In this document: piece after piece, positions 1 to 12,748 of the stretch
Position numbering within the stretch: position 1 is the first letter of the stretch
Layout: each line of letters opens with the position of its first letter
DNA from: Macrostomum hystrix
Lineage: Eukaryota > Animalia > Platyhelminthes
Direction of reading: 5' to 3'
DNA length: 64,000 nucleotides
Assembly: GCA_950097015.1 (NCBI GenBank)
Contig: CATNEN010000025.1
Span: 6,758,001 to 6,822,000 of the forward strand
Notes under the pieces: model-generated
What the model saw: the letters and a program-made list of their open reading frames with translations, nothing else
Database searches by the model: none
Told to the model about the DNA's origin: nothing
Program-made: the position numbers and the translations under genes

Positions 1-365
1 CATTTTCCATTCTCCCATCTCACCAGATCCTTCTCCATTCTCCCATCTCACCAGATCCTTCTCCATTCTCCCATCTCACCAGATCCTTCTCCATTCTCCC
101 ATCTCACCAGATCCTTCTCCATTCTCCCATCTCACCAGATCCTTTCCCATTCTCCCATCTCACCAGATCCTTTCCCATTCTCCCATGTCACCAGATCCTT
201 TCCCATTCTCCCATGTCACCAGATCACTTCCCATTCTCCCATCTCACCAGATCCATCTCCATTCTCCCATCTCACCAGATCCATCTCCATTCTCCCATCT
301 CACCAGATCCATCTCCATTCTCCCATCTCACCAGATCCTTCTCCATTCTCCCATCTCATCAGATC
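1..365. repeat. 28-bp minisatellite (CATTCTCCCATCTCACCAGATCCTTCTC)n, MMS19 intron
   Basis: Direct tandem copies, period 28. Confidence 0.95.
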
Positions 366-454
366 TCACCAAAACACATCTTTTTTTATCTTTTTTTCAA
401 TTCCTTTCCCTTTAAGAGGGCCACAACTACAAGGAGAATATATAAAAGCCTCAC

Positions 455-668
455 TCTATTGATAGATTGCGAGCGAAGGCTTGCACGCAGACAAAAGAGG
501 CGGCTTTGGTCACATCATTGACGCTGGTTCCAGTGAAAGCTCCAGTGAAGCTTTCAAAATGCCCGGTCCACAGGCCGATGGCAGGAGATCGCGCAGCCTC
601 CGATGCCATTGCTGTCTCCGTGGCCAGTCTCAGGGCTTCCAGGCGCGGTCTGATCTCTTCGGTTGCTG
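455..668 (-). CDS. MMS19: MMS19 exon 10 (AATEEIRPRLEALRL ... FARNLSI)
   Basis: TTTGCAG acceptor gives an open frame in phase 1; GA|GTGAGG donor. The exact acceptor is uncertain. Confidence 0.6.
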
Positions 669-3600
669 CTGCAAATGGGTGGTCACTATAGAATTAGTCA
701 CTCAGAGCAGACTTATGGCTTTTCGATGTCCTTCATCCCACTTCCCACGTGTATTTTATCCCACTTCCCACCAGTAATTTAACACACTTCCCACTTGTGT
801 TTTATCTAACTTACAACCTGTGTTTTATCCCACTTCCCACCTGTGTTTTATCCCACTTCCCACCTGTAATTTATCCCACTTCCCACCTGTGTTTTATCCC
901 ACTTACAACCTGTAATTTATTACACTTCCCACCTGTGTTTTATCCCACTACCCACCAATAATTAATCACACTTCCCACCTGTTTTTTATCCCACTTCCCA
1001 CCTGTCCTTTCTCTTACTTCCCATCTGTCTAATCCTTATCTCCTAATCTGTCCCTTGATCTAGAATCTCACAAAGACATTATCTTTAAGTATTTTTAGCC
1101 AATCATAACCCAAGTCTCACCAGCCCCCGATCCGGCGTCCACGCACAGCCGCATGAGCAGTTGCAGCAGGGCCTCGCTAATAGTAACTGGCAGGTCGCAA
1201 AGTTCGGCTAGCAACAATAGCGACTCAGCTCGCACGTCAGCATCAGCGTGATCTGTGAAATTTTTTATAAATCATACGCAATTTTAGTAGTATAGAAGGA
1301 ACATTTTAACAAAAAATATTTAAGTTAATAAGATACGCACCAGTTGCTAACGGCAAAAATCCCTTAGAAACCAGATTTGCCGCTTCGTTCATTCCGTCAG
1401 GCGTTCCAGTTGCTAGGCGACGAGCAAAATCGCGCACCAACTGTCGGGTCAGCTGACCGGGCAGTCGGCGCAGCCTACTGTGGCCGCCCAGCTCGCCAAG
1501 CAGGTGCTCAACAAAGCCGGCTCGCTGTTCGCAGTTGGCTAGTCCCGGCTCGGCGCACAGTCGGGCCATGCAGGCCAGGCAGCCGACACGCAGCTGATCG
1601 CCGATTGGCTCGGCCGATTCCGCTACAGAATCTGCCAAGCTGTACAGAGCGGCACCGATTGTCTCGAGTTCGCCAGACAGGTGAGCAACTAGAGGCTGTT
1701 GAGTCGAAGATGACTCGGCTGCCGGGTTGACCGACGGCGATGGTGACAGAGAGGCGATCAGCAGACGGCGCAGAATGTCTAACAGGCTACATTTAGTAGC
1801 CGACTGGGGTCAGAGTAAGGCATTCCTTGGTTTAGTAGCTGTTTTTCTCTACTGAAAGCAATGCATAAAAGTACACGAAGGCTTACATCTTTCCTATCCG
1901 CTAGTCCAGCGAGGATGTCCGGCAGAATGCCCGTCAGCAGTTTCAGCCGGATTTCGTAGCCGGCGGATAGGGAGGCCGATTCCAGTGCGCGGCCAGTGGC
2001 CTCCATCACATTGGGATCCAGCTCGCGCAGATTCGGCCGGCATTCTGGGTTGGAAAACAATAAATCAGTTTTACATAGCAAGTAAAATAAAGCATGCCTA
2101 AAAAATTGAACCTCCTGCTTTAATCATTGAATCAACTGACCAGCTTGGAAACAAACAGACCTCATGGACTCACACAGGCATTCACAAACCTCATGGACTC
2201 ACACAGGCATTCACAAACCTCATGGACTCACACAGACATTCACAAACCTCATGGACTCACACAGGCATTCACAAACCTCATGGACTCACACAGGCATTCA
2301 CAAACCTCATGGACTCACACAGGCATTCACAAACCTCATGGACTCACACAGGCATTCACAAACCTCATGGACTCACACAGGCATTCACAAACCTCATGGA
2401 CTCACACAGGCATTCACAAACCTCATGGACTCACACAGACATTCACAAACCTCATGGACTCACACAGGCATTCACAAACCTCATGGACTCACACAGGCAT
2501 TCACAAACCTCATGGACTCACACAGGCATTCACAAACCTCATGGACTCACACAGGCATTCACAAACCTCATGGACTCACACAGGCATTCACAAACCTCAT
2601 GGACTCACACAGGCATTCACAAACCTCATGGACTCACACAGGCATTCACAAACCTCATGGACTCACACAGACATTCACAAACCTCATGGACTCACACAGG
2701 CATTCACAAACCTCATGGACTCACACAGGCATTCACAAACCTCATGGACTCACACAGGCATTCACAAACCTCATGGACTCACACAGGCACTTAGAACACA
2801 CGGACCCACACAGACACTTAGAACACACGGACACACACAGACACTTAGAACACACGGACACACACAGACACTTAGAACACACGGACTCACACAGACACTT
2901 AGAACACACGGACACACACAGACACTTAGAACACACGGACTCACACAGACACTTAGAACACACGGACTCACACAGACACTTAGAACACACGGACTCACAC
3001 AGACACTTAGAACACACGGACCCACACAGACACTTAGAACACACGGACTCAGACACTTAGAACACACGGACTCACACAGACACTTAGAACACACGGACTC
3101 ACACACACACTTAGGCCTGTCCTCAAAACAAAAAATGAGCTCACCTTTGAGAAGCATGCTAAAGAACTCGTCTCTGGCAGTCGCATTGTCCTGATCAGCG
3201 CCGGCAATCCTAGCGGCAACTGCGGTAAACGCTGACAAGGCTGTACGCCTCTCATCATCGGCCACCGCCGAGCGAAACATGGCCCGCCGGAATGCGGCCA
3301 ACAGCTGCTGGCCGTAGGCTAAGATAGCTTCAACCGGATAGACTGGCGCGGCGTTGCGCAATAAATTAAACGACTCCAGCCGAGCCGAACGCAGATCGGA
3401 AGCCAGCTTCTCTAATAGCAGAGGAATCATGAATTCGGCGAATACTGGCGTAGATGCTAGACAATTAGTGTGCAATTCAACTAGCTGTTCTCGTGTGACA
3501 CTTCCAGAGCCGCTCTGAAATGGGAAAGAAACTTTAGAGCTGATAAATTGCTGCAAAAACCGTTTTTTATTTAAAGACGTGACTAACTAGGGTTTAGCGA

Positions 3601-6592
3601 CAATACTTAGGGTTTACAGTTAAAAGCGGCCTAACCTTAAGAATAAGGTTCTGCTGTTCACCAAAACTGACAGTTAGGGTTTATTGAAATGACATACAGT
3701 CTGGGTTTAATGATAAGACTGACAGTTGGGTTTATTGATAAGACTGACAGTTGGGTTTATTGATAAGACTTGACAGTTAGGGTATATTGGTAAGACTTGA
3801 CAGTTAGGGTTTATTGATAAGACTTGACAGTTGGGTTTATTGGTAAGACTTGACAGTTGGGTTTATTGATAAGACTTGACAGTTAGGGTTTATTGGTAAG
3901 ACTTGATAGCTAGGGTTTATTGATAAGAATTAACAGTTGGGTTTATTGGTAAGACTTGACAGTTAGGGTTTATTGGTAAGACTTGACAGTTAGGGTTTAT
4001 TGATAAGACTTGACAGTTAGGGTTTATTGATAAGACTTGACAGTTAGGGTTTATTGGTAAGACTTGATAGCTAGGGTTTATTGATAAGACTTGACAGTTG
4101 GGTTTATTGGTAAGACTTGACAGTTGGGTTTATTGATAAGACTTGACAGTTAGGGTTTATTGGTAAGACTTGATAGCTAGGGTTTATTGGTAAGACTTGA
4201 CAGTTGGGTTTATTGATAAGACTGACAGTTGGGTTTATTGGTAAGACTTGACAGTTGGGTTTATTGGTAAGACTTGACAGTTGGGTTTATTGATAAGACT
4301 TGACAGTTAGGGTTTATTGGTAAGACTTGACAGTTAGGGTTTATTGGTAAGACTTGACAGTTGGGTTTATTGATAAGACTTGACAGTTGGGTTTATTGAT
4401 AAGACTTGACAGTTAGGGTTTATTGATAAGACTTGACAGTTAGGGTTTATTGATAAGACTTGACAGTTAGGGTTTATTGATAAGACTTGACAGTTAGGGT
4501 TTATTGATAAGACTTGACAGTTAGGGTTTATTGATAAGACTTGACAGTTGGGTTTATTGATAAGACTTGACAGTTAGGGTTTATTGATAAGACTTGACAG
4601 TTAGGGTTTATTGGTAAGACTTGATAGCTAGGGTTTATTGGTAAGACTTGACAGTTAGGGTTTATTGATAAGACTTGACAGTTAGGGTTTATTGATAAGA
4701 CTTGACAGTTAGGGTTTATTGATAAGACTTGACAGTTAGGGTTTATTGATAAGACTTGACAGTTAGGGTTTATTGGTAAGACATACAGTCGGTTTATTGG
4801 TAAGACTTGACAGTTAGGGTTTATTGATAAGAATTGAAAGGGTTCCAGTTAGGGTTTATTGATAAGAATTGAAAGGGTTCCAGTTAGGGTTTATTGATAA
4901 GAATTGAAAGGGTTCCAGTTAGGGTTTATTGATAAGAATTGAAAGGGTTCCAGTTAGGGTTTATTGAATTTAAAGCATGAATTTATACAGAATTTATACT
5001 GGATTTATGAATTACAGGAAGGAAATGATTTTTCGGGAATTTGAGTAGCCTATTGCACTCAGCGTAGGTGGTTTTAGGTATGTGCAAAGTTTGGTGCGAT
5101 TTGGTTGAGCGGTTTCGGCGTCTATAAAGACAAAAGGTTGCACACACACACACAGACACACAGACAGAGTTTTCACTTTTATATATATAGATGGATAATA
5201 TATTACCGGTGTAAAATCAATAGGGAAATAGCAGGCGATAACTTCAAACATGTCCTCGCGAAATCGGCTAATATCGAATTCGGCCACGACCTTGGGGAAC
5301 AAGTCGAATATTATCAGTAGATTGCGTGGATCTTTCTCGGCGTCGATTGCTTGCACGAAGCCGAACACAAAGTCGTGATTGATGCTTTTGAGTACTGTCA
5401 AAGAAGACAAAGGACATTAGATCTTATTCTGAATATACAAAACCGAATCTAAGTGTTTTAAAACTTAGAAGCTTACAATGCAACTTGTTAAACAATAGCA
5501 GCTGGTAGATCTTGTAGACAAACATTCGCTCTGTTTGACTGAGAGTTTGCACTTGCAGCTCGGTTGACACGGATCGAAATGCTGCTTCAGCAGCTGCGTC
5601 TGACAGGTTGATGCAGCCGCACTGTCAAGCGACAACAAGTATACAGGCACTTTTTCACAAATGCACAAGTACTATCGGCACATTTGTACTTTAAGTTGTG
5701 GGGGAGATGGTTAGGAGGCGGTTTCTGGGGAGATGGGATGGTAGACGATTGTTGGGGGAGATAGGATGGTAGGCTATGGTTGGGGAGATGGGATGGTAGG
5801 CTATGGTTGAGAGATAGGATGGTAGGCTATGGTTGGGGAGATGGGATGGTAGGCTATGGTTGGGGAGATGAGATGGTAGGCTATGGTTGGGGAGATGGGA
5901 TGGTAGGCTATGGTTGGGGAGATGGGATGGTAGGCTATGGTTGGGGAGATGGGATGGTAGGCTATGGTTGGGAGATGGGATGGTAGGCTATGGTTGGGGA
6001 GATGGGATGGTAGGCTATGGTTGGGGAGATAAGATGGTAGGCTCTTGTTGAGGAGATGAGATGGTAGACGATTGTTGGGGACATTGAGGAGGCCATTTGG
6101 GGGGAGAAATATTGCTGCAAGGTTATAATAATTTTCTTACCAATATTGTAAGACCTGATATAGCATGACTTGACACACTGAAGTGATCAGACAACTTCAG
6201 GCACATGAACTGGACAAGGGTTGTTACTAAAAATAAGATTGGCAAATTGAAATTCTGATTCGGCTTAATATGTACAAAAATATTAAGAAGTAAATCCTTC
6301 ATGATAAGAAAGTACAATTCATACCTTCCTGCTCATTGAGATGAGTTGGTGGCAACTTTTGAAGCACATTAGCAACCTCACCAATTGCACTTGCTCTTTG
6401 CTCAGCCTTGGTTGAAGTTAGATCAGGTCTAAAATAATGCATTATGTGAATAATGTTAAGAACATTGGTTCTAGCATTTTCCAAAATAATAGGCTAATCA
6501 AGCAATAGAATTACTTACTGTAGTGATTCAATCAGCTGAAGAATAGAGCACTGCTTATTTGCAATATCCGCTGCCAACATTTCAATATCCAT
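455..6592 (-). CDS. MMS19: MMS19 / cytosolic Fe-S assembly HEAT-repeat protein, 5' part; gene continues off the left edge. Exons 6592-6519, 6428-6325, 6226-6141, 5621-5477, 5394-5207, 3514-3145, 2044-1887, 1803-1341, 1252-1121, 668-455
   Basis: All junctions are GT-AG with matching phases (2,1,0,1,0,1,0,1,1). The translation contains FGFVQAIDAEKDPRNLL, FEVIACYFPIDFTP and LASTPVFAEFMIPLLLEKL, which match the MMS19 N-terminal domain (human FGFIQVMDGEKDPRNLL, FEVTSCYFPIDFTP, LASTPRFAEFLLPLLIEKV, from memory). Confidence 0.93.
735..1025. repeat. Degenerate ~23-bp minisatellite (TTATCCCACTTCCCACCTGTGTT)
   Basis: About 12 diverged copies in MMS19 intron 9. Confidence 0.8.
1121..1252 (-). CDS. MMS19: MMS19 exon 9 (DHADADVRAESLLLLAELCD ... 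AGSGA)
   Basis: TTTCACAG acceptor, G|GTGAGA donor; 132 nt, phase 1 to phase 1; HEAT-like. Confidence 0.75.
1341..1803 (-). CDS. MMS19: MMS19 exon 8 (SATKCSLLDILRRLL ... KGFLPLAT)
   Basis: CCCCAG acceptor, G|GTGCGT donor; 463 nt open, in phase. Confidence 0.75.
1887..2044 (-). CDS. MMS19: MMS19 exon 7 (ECRPNLRELDPNV ... ADRKD)
   Basis: CCCAG acceptor, GAT|GTAAGC donor; resembles human DCRHHLCEPDMKLV. Confidence 0.8.
2160..3113. repeat. Compound minisatellite: 29-bp (CACAAACCTCATGGACTCACACAGGCATT)n to ~2788, then 27-bp (CACTTAGAACACACGGACTCACACAGA)n
   Basis: Tandem copies filling MMS19 intron 6. Confidence 0.95.
3145..3514 (-). CDS. MMS19: MMS19 exon 6 (SGSGSVTREQL ... DEFFSMLLK)
   Basis: TTTCAG acceptor, G|GTGAG donor; contains LASTPVFAEFMIPLLLEKL. 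Confidence 0.92.
3665..4965. repeat. 26/27-bp minisatellite (GACAGTTAGGGTTTATTGATAAGACTT)n
   Basis: Tandem copies in MMS19 intron 5; variant units at the 3' end. Confidence 0.95.
5207..5394 (-). CDS. MMS19: MMS19 exon 5 (EKDPRNLL ... CYFPIDFTP)
   Basis: Signature MMS19 motifs; GACAG acceptor, CCG|GTAATA donor. Confidence 0.95.
5477..5621 (-). CDS. MMS19: MMS19 exon 4 (CGCINLSDAAAEAAFRSVSTELQVQTLSQTERMFVYKIYQLLLFNKLH)
   Basis: GACAG acceptor, |GTAAGC donor; matches human EVHVQSLPQVDRHTVY. Confidence 0.85.
5700..6075. repeat. 27-bp G-rich minisatellite (GGATGGTAGGCTATGGTTGGGGAGATG)n
   Basis: Tandem copies in MMS19 intron 3. Confidence 0.95.
6141..6226 (-). CDS. MMS19: MMS19 exon 3 (VTTLVQFMCLKLSDHFSVSSHAISGLTIL)
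   Basis: TTTTTAG acceptor, |GTAAG donor; 86 nt, in phase. Confidence 0.8.
6325..6428 (-). CDS. MMS19: MMS19 exon 2 (PDLTSTKAEQRASAIGEVANVLQKLPPTHLNEQE)
   Basis: TTTTAG acceptor, G|GTATG donor; 104 nt, phase 2 to phase 1. Confidence 0.8.
6519..6592 (-). CDS. MMS19: MMS19 coding exon 1 (MDIEMLAADIANKQCSILQLIESL)
   Basis: ATG at 6592, donor CA|GTAAGT; resembles human VAADVKSGNYTVLQVVEAL. Confidence 0.75.
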
Positions 6593-7479
6593 AGTGCACA
6601 AACTTGCTGAAATTATAATAAAGCAAATTAACTGAAAATGTGATTGATAAGCACAGAGGCCATTGTTTTTATACTTAAATATGGATCTGGCATAACACTT
6701 TGCAATTGAACTATAACTCAGTCTGTGTTCAAATTCAACCTTTACTTTGAATAAAATTTGTTAGGCCTAATTATTATCTGCAAGTAAAGTAGTTCTAATG
6801 CATTTTAGACATACTGCTGTTTGTAGAGTTTTAGTGGTTAGCAGCACTTAGACTTTTGTGTGTTGATAGGAGCCAGATTTATATGAAATCATCAACTGGC
6901 AGGAAACCTCTGAGGAGCATCTACTGGCCTAAAAATGCACTTAGCTAGGGAAAACATTAGCTTTACCCCAATTGCAATGCCTTAAAATGAGACTGGAGTC
7001 ATTACTGTACTCAATTTAGCTACAAGCTACTATGATATTCAAATTGTTTACTCCTAGACAAAAAACTAGGCAATTATTGATTGAATAAAATAAATAATAT
7101 GAATCCAGCATTGGAACTAAATAAATATATCTGAATGATTGGGGAAAACTCTGATTTACTGAAAGCCTGAGGCAATGAACAGGCTGGATATAGAGGAGAT
7201 ACAGGGAGAAATTTAAATGAAGAGTATAAGCCCTAGTATCATTTCAATCAAGTATTGAATAGTAGAAATTATTTAGAAAGTGTTGTTGTTGCATAAGTTA
7301 GAGTATTTTACTTCCAAATAATTGGATTAGATTCAAACAATAACACACATGAATGAATTAATAATTATAAGCAGATTCAAAAAGCAATAAGAAAAAGGGC
7401 CCTATTTTTTTACACACAGGAGTTTTGAATTAAAAAACATTAAACACAATACAATACAATACAATAAGTACATTGTCCA

Positions 7480-9320
7480 CCGACCACAAGTGGCCTGAAA
7501 GGCGGGGCATTGTCTACAAATGCTCTTGCCACTGTCTACAAAGAGCAGCAGCTGGCTGCGGTGGGTGAGGCCATCCGTGCTGTCATATCAGCCACCCCGG
7601 ACAGGAAGAGTGGCACCATCTGGACTGCCATTAACACCCTTACAGGTAGGAAACACTTAACCTGGCAGAGACACACCAGAGGAGCACAAGAACAGCCTGT
7701 GGGACTTCTTCTCCAGCAAAGTGAACATGCCACCTCCTGCACTCCCCAATGCACTCGCACTACCACCAGGCACATCGCTGCCACCTCCACACAAATTCTG
7801 CACTGGACATGTGACTACAACCAACATCTCTCAGCTCGCCAAGAACACACCAGGTAGCAAGGCTACAGGCCCCGACGAAATCCCAATCAAGGTGCTCAGA
7901 ATGCCCAAGGTTGCCCAGGAGATAGCTCGGGTGATCAATGGTGTCCTTGACATAGGCATTGCACCTCCTGAGTGGACCCAAGCCCACATCGTCGGCATCC
8001 CCAAGAAGCCAGGCACAAACAAAATCGAAGAACACCGAGGCATGTCCTTAATGTCCTGTGCTGCCAAGCTGTATAACAAGTTGCTACTGATGCACTTGTA
8101 GCCTGTGCTAGACCCATACCTGTGGCATAAGCAGAATGGGTTCCGGCCATGACGCAGCACTGTCACACAAATTCTTGCGCTCCAAAGAATCATTGAGGAA
8201 TTGCGCATTCGCCAATTGGACCTTTTCTGTCTGTTCATTGACTTCCTGAAGGCTTTCAACTCAGTGGCTTGAGGCACGATACCACTGGTTACCAATACCG
8301 AGCCTACAATGTACCAGAAAAGCTGATCGCAGCAGTGATGGCGCTCTATCAAGACACGCTCGCCACTGTGGTCACACCTGATGGCCTGTCTGAACCATTC
8401 ACAACATCATCCAGAGTAGTGAATAGGAGTAGTAGGAGACACCCTCGCTCCTTTCCTGTTCATCCTCATCCTGGACTGGGTGCTGCGGACAGGTCAACCG
8501 GACAACTCAGACAGCTACATCCTATGCAGGCGAACAAGCAGCTGGCACCCAGAGAAGCAACTGGCAATCTTAGGCAACGTCAACCACCTGGCCCTGTTAG
8601 CCTCCACCGCTGAAGGTGCCCAATGCCTGCTTGACAGCCTTGCTGCTGCCACTACAAGGGTTGGCCTCAAAATCAACGCCAAGAAGACAGAGGTCCTCAC
8701 TGTGCCTACTGACATCTGTCTTCCCAGCATAGACAGCTTGACGGCAACATCCCTACCCCAGTGTGAGCAGTTCCGGTATCTTGGCATTCTTGTGCCCAGT
8801 GTCCAAGAGGATTTGCAATGTCGCAGAGGGCTCACCTGGGTGGCTTTCCGCTCAGTTCGAGTTGTGCTTCAAAGCAACACCCTGCCAGATCTGCTGAGGA
8901 CCCGACTGTTCCAGGCGGTTGTGGAAACCGTGCTTTTCTACAATGCCAAAACAAGGACCATGATATAGGTGCTGCAATGTCAGCTGGACGCAGCTCACTC
9001 CAGCCTGCTGCGCCCTGCCTTCAGCATCCACCGCCACACAGATCACAAACCAGGCCCTCTATCAACAGGCAAAGCTGAGCCCTCCAAGCATGATGCTGTG
9101 ACAATGGCGCCTGAAGCTGATGGGTGACGCTCTCCGTGCTGAGTCCTACTGCCCGGAGCCGCTGCAGGAGGTTTTGCTGCACACGCAGCAGGGCCCATAC
9201 TGGTGAGGTCAGGCGCAAACCCGGAGGTTCATTGACTGTCTTTTAGAAGATGCCAGGGTGCCCGATCAGGCTAATGGCGCTGCCTTCATCAGAGACTGTG
9301 CGGCCAGACCTGATTTTTGA
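7480..9320 (+). mobile_element. Degenerate non-LTR retrotransposon (RTE-like) reverse transcriptase remnant
   Basis: KATGPDEIP, PEWTQAHIVGIPKK, HRGMSLMSCAAKLYNK, QNGFRP, LFIDFLKAFNSV, GLKINAKKTEV, QFRYLG. It has in-frame stops and frameshifts, and the YADD region reads GNVNH (dead). Clade assignment is inference. Confidence 0.85.
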
Positions 9321-11089
9321 CAATGCCCCCAATTAAACACAAGCATAAACTATTCCATTAGTTGAGACAGAGTCAAACATAATTGCTGGACTGGAAATAG
9401 CTAGCACCTAGGTAATTTATTACCATTTGTATAACTATAAATGTAAAAAGCATAGCATACAGCCATACTCGCATACTGTTTGAAATTCAAACATGACTCG
9501 ACAAAATAGTATAAAATCGTAACTAGTTGACTTTAATTACATTATATCTGCAACTGGCACATTGAACCTCGTTATAAAATAGTAGTAATAGTAGTAGCTA
9601 TAAGGGAGCAGCAGCACGGCACAGCAGCGCAGCATCGACTTTGTCACCGACACCTTAGGCCTAACTAAGCCCTTTTGGATCATGGAAAAGTGTGTTCTTT
9701 AAATTCGTGCTAATTCGGATTAAATCGGCTTTAAATAGCCTAATAGATTAATCCACCTCCTTTTGCTCTTTTTACTAAGCAAATGCGAAAAAAATAACAT
9801 TTTAATTTGTTTCTTACTAGTAAAAAGCGTTGTATGATAGGCCCTACTCCAAACTTTTTTGCACTAGCAATTGACATGCCGTGTGTCGTGAATTTCTTAT
9901 GATCGTAAAGTTGCTCGCTTGGCAAGTAGGATAAAGAGAAAAGCGAAAATCAACATTAATTTTAGTTAAACGACGCGTTTCGCACAACAGTGTGCATCTT
10001 AAAGTTTATTTTAAATGAAGAAAACAAGTAGAGATCGGAAGTAAATAAACATGAAATTTTTGGGGTGTAAATTTAATCAATATTTTAAGTACATATTTGT
10101 TAGTCCGTAAGTCGAGAGGCAAAGTCATGGGGCGGATTGTTAGCGTTGCAGCCAACAGTACAGAATGTACTGTCAGTGCCCCTTCCCTCAGAACACACGG
10201 AGAACAGGGCCCGCGCCACTGTGTTGGAGTTGAGTGTTGAGGTTGGGGGACTTTTTCAGACTTTTAAATTAAGAGACTGTTCACATTTTAGTCTGGATTA
10301 ATTGCTAAAAGACTCAAACACTGAGATGGCTAAAAACAAGAACATAAGTCTGATGCCAATGCTGCAGTCATGCTTAGATTTCTCATTTCTCATGGATAAC
10401 ATTTTGATAGGGCCTACCATTAGATATTTTACTAGCACACTAAGCCCCCTTGTGGCACAAAATAAAAAAACACTTTTCACATGTATCAATAAAATACACA
10501 AGTTAATGAAATGAAGAATTTCCATAGCAACCAGTCACAAACATCCTGTTTGACTATCACTTAGGCTCTTTTGCCTATAAAAATCAAGTGCCTATCTAAA
10601 CTTATGTTGTAACATTGGTATCTATCTAGTATAGGCCTAGCCATTGTACTACAAAGTCTAAAGAAATTTGTCCTGTTTGCCTGTCTAAAGTCTAAAAATT
10701 AGCAATAGGCCTAATTGCGAATACCCCCTTAGCAAGATTAATTCCCCTTTCAAGCCTCGTTAATTGAATTCATGAGGCATATTGATACCCCCTTGATGCA
10801 AATTACACTTATAGATTAGTCTTGACTTATTTAATATTCATAAATGATCAAAATATTGAAATAGAAAAAATGCACCTAGGAAACAAATGATGGCTGTCAT
10901 TATCTGTATCTATATTTTCATATAAATGATACATACATTTATTCTTACACATATCTACTGCACCCTGTACCCTTAGTAAAGGGTCATTCGAACATCAATG
11001 AAACATCAGTTAAACATCAATTAGTTTAACAATGTCTCCCCAGCAACAGAGCACAAATGTCCCCCAATGGCAGAAAACCAATGACCCTA

Positions 11090-11345
11090 TATAACAGAGT
11101 GCTCCACTCTAGCAGGTAACAAATGAATCTCTTTAGCAGGTAACAAATTTATCTTTTTAGCAGGTAACAAATGAATCCCTTTAGCAGGTAACAAATTAAC
11201 CCCTTTTAGCAAATAACCAATGCCCCCTTGAGTGGAGGTCTAATGCCTCACTTTAGCAAAGCACCAATGCTCCTCTTTAGCAGAGAACTAAAGACCCCTA
11301 TTAGCATACAACAATGTTCCTTCTTAGCTGGTAGACAATGACACC
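11090..11345. repeat. Old degenerate minisatellite (TTAGCAGGTAACAAAT...)
   Basis: Four good copies, then decaying copies. Confidence 0.55.
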
Positions 11346-12029
11346 CTAAGCAGAGAAAAATGGAGAAAATTAATACAGGCAACCAATGCCATCCATCTCC
11401 TATTTAAGCTAATTATTCCCTCATCAGGCTAACATAATCCCATGTGGGTAAGCTCATTCACCATCATTTACCTAAGTATCCTGTAATTCAGCAAACCAAC
11501 ATCTACAAAGGTTAATAAATTAGTCAATTGTACTCTTATTAAGCTACCTATACCTGTGAATAGCCGAAAATACTTCATTATTTACTCACTAATCAAATAA
11601 TACCTCATTAAGCTAATTTTCCTCTCATTGTCCTCTCATGAGAGGATAGCCGCCATGTAATTTAACTTGACAATAAATTTTGTTTATTAGCAATAAAATG
11701 TTGAAAGTAAAAGTAAAGCATATCAAATTTGTTCTCTGAAGATAATTATAAAAGTAGTCAGTTAGCATCATGGATCACTACTTTAAGAAAAAAAATATAT
11801 AATTAGATGCATTGCAGAGTCGAACAAGGGACAGCCTAGCCTAACCTATGCCTAGTGCCTACATACAGGCTCTTCTGACTGTTAAGTTGAGGGAGGGTAT
11901 AAAAATGAACCTTATAAAATTGAGTCTTTCAGTGTTGGCTCTAATTATAAAATAGGAATCTCAATGAGTACACTTTATTGGACCTTATACCTTAATACTT
12001 TGTCCAATACAAATATAGCCCACAATGTA

Positions 12030-12096
12030 GCTTGTAGCTTAGTGGTCAAAGCCTTGGACTTATGAACAAGAGGTCGTGGGTTCGTATCTCAGCCCA
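12030..12096 (+). mobile_element. tRNA-like SINE head fragment
   Basis: TAGCTTAGTGGTCAAAGC...GAGGTCGTGGGTTCGTATCTC has A/B boxes but no proper acceptor stem. Confidence 0.4.
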
Positions 12097-12322
12097 ATAT
12101 TAATGTGCATAATTTATATTTTTTATCTACCAAAGATGAACAATAGATCATCAAAAGAGACTTCTAAATCTTTAATCAATACAGTGGCAGTTGAAAGTAA
12201 AGGCTTAATAAAATCTGTGCATTGAAAGTATAGCAACGGTCAATCATTTCAGGCCGGCTAATTAAGGCCGTTTAAAATAAATCACCATTTTTTCAAAAAG
12301 AAAGTAAATCAAAGTTGCGCAA

Positions 12323-12748
12323 ATGTCCGACACCCGCTCGCCAATCACTTACGAAGATCCGGACCGGCTGTTAAAACTCAATCGCGACTGTCTGGAGAAT
12401 CCCTCGCCGGCTTATCCACACTTTGAGTCGCCGGGCGAGGCTATCAGCTATGCCACTAACCAGACGATGAACGCGCTGCATCCGAATGAGATTAGATTCA
12501 ATGCATTCGGCCTGCCAAGGCCAAGCTTTGTGTTTGGCAACGTGTTCCACCGGCCGCCTCTGGACAATCATCATCTGAATTGGATGGGCGGCATGTTCAC
12601 AATGCAGGGCCGGGATTATCCCAAGTACTGCCAGATTATGGAGCGGGACCTCTACCGCTGCCTGTCTCGTGTCGGAGTGCAGAACATTCACAAATGGTGC
12701 CGCATCTATTTTGACGATTATGACGAGTGCGCCAATCACTATAAGGAG
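12323..12748 (+). CDS. NDUFS5: NDUFS5-like exon 1 (142 codons)
   Basis: ORF 12323 up to the GT donor at 12749; carries the twin CX9C. Confidence 0.82.

Noticed and set aside
2127-3194. His/Thr-rich repetitive ORFs
   Set aside because: Read-through of the 29-bp and 27-bp arrays inside MMS19 intron 6.
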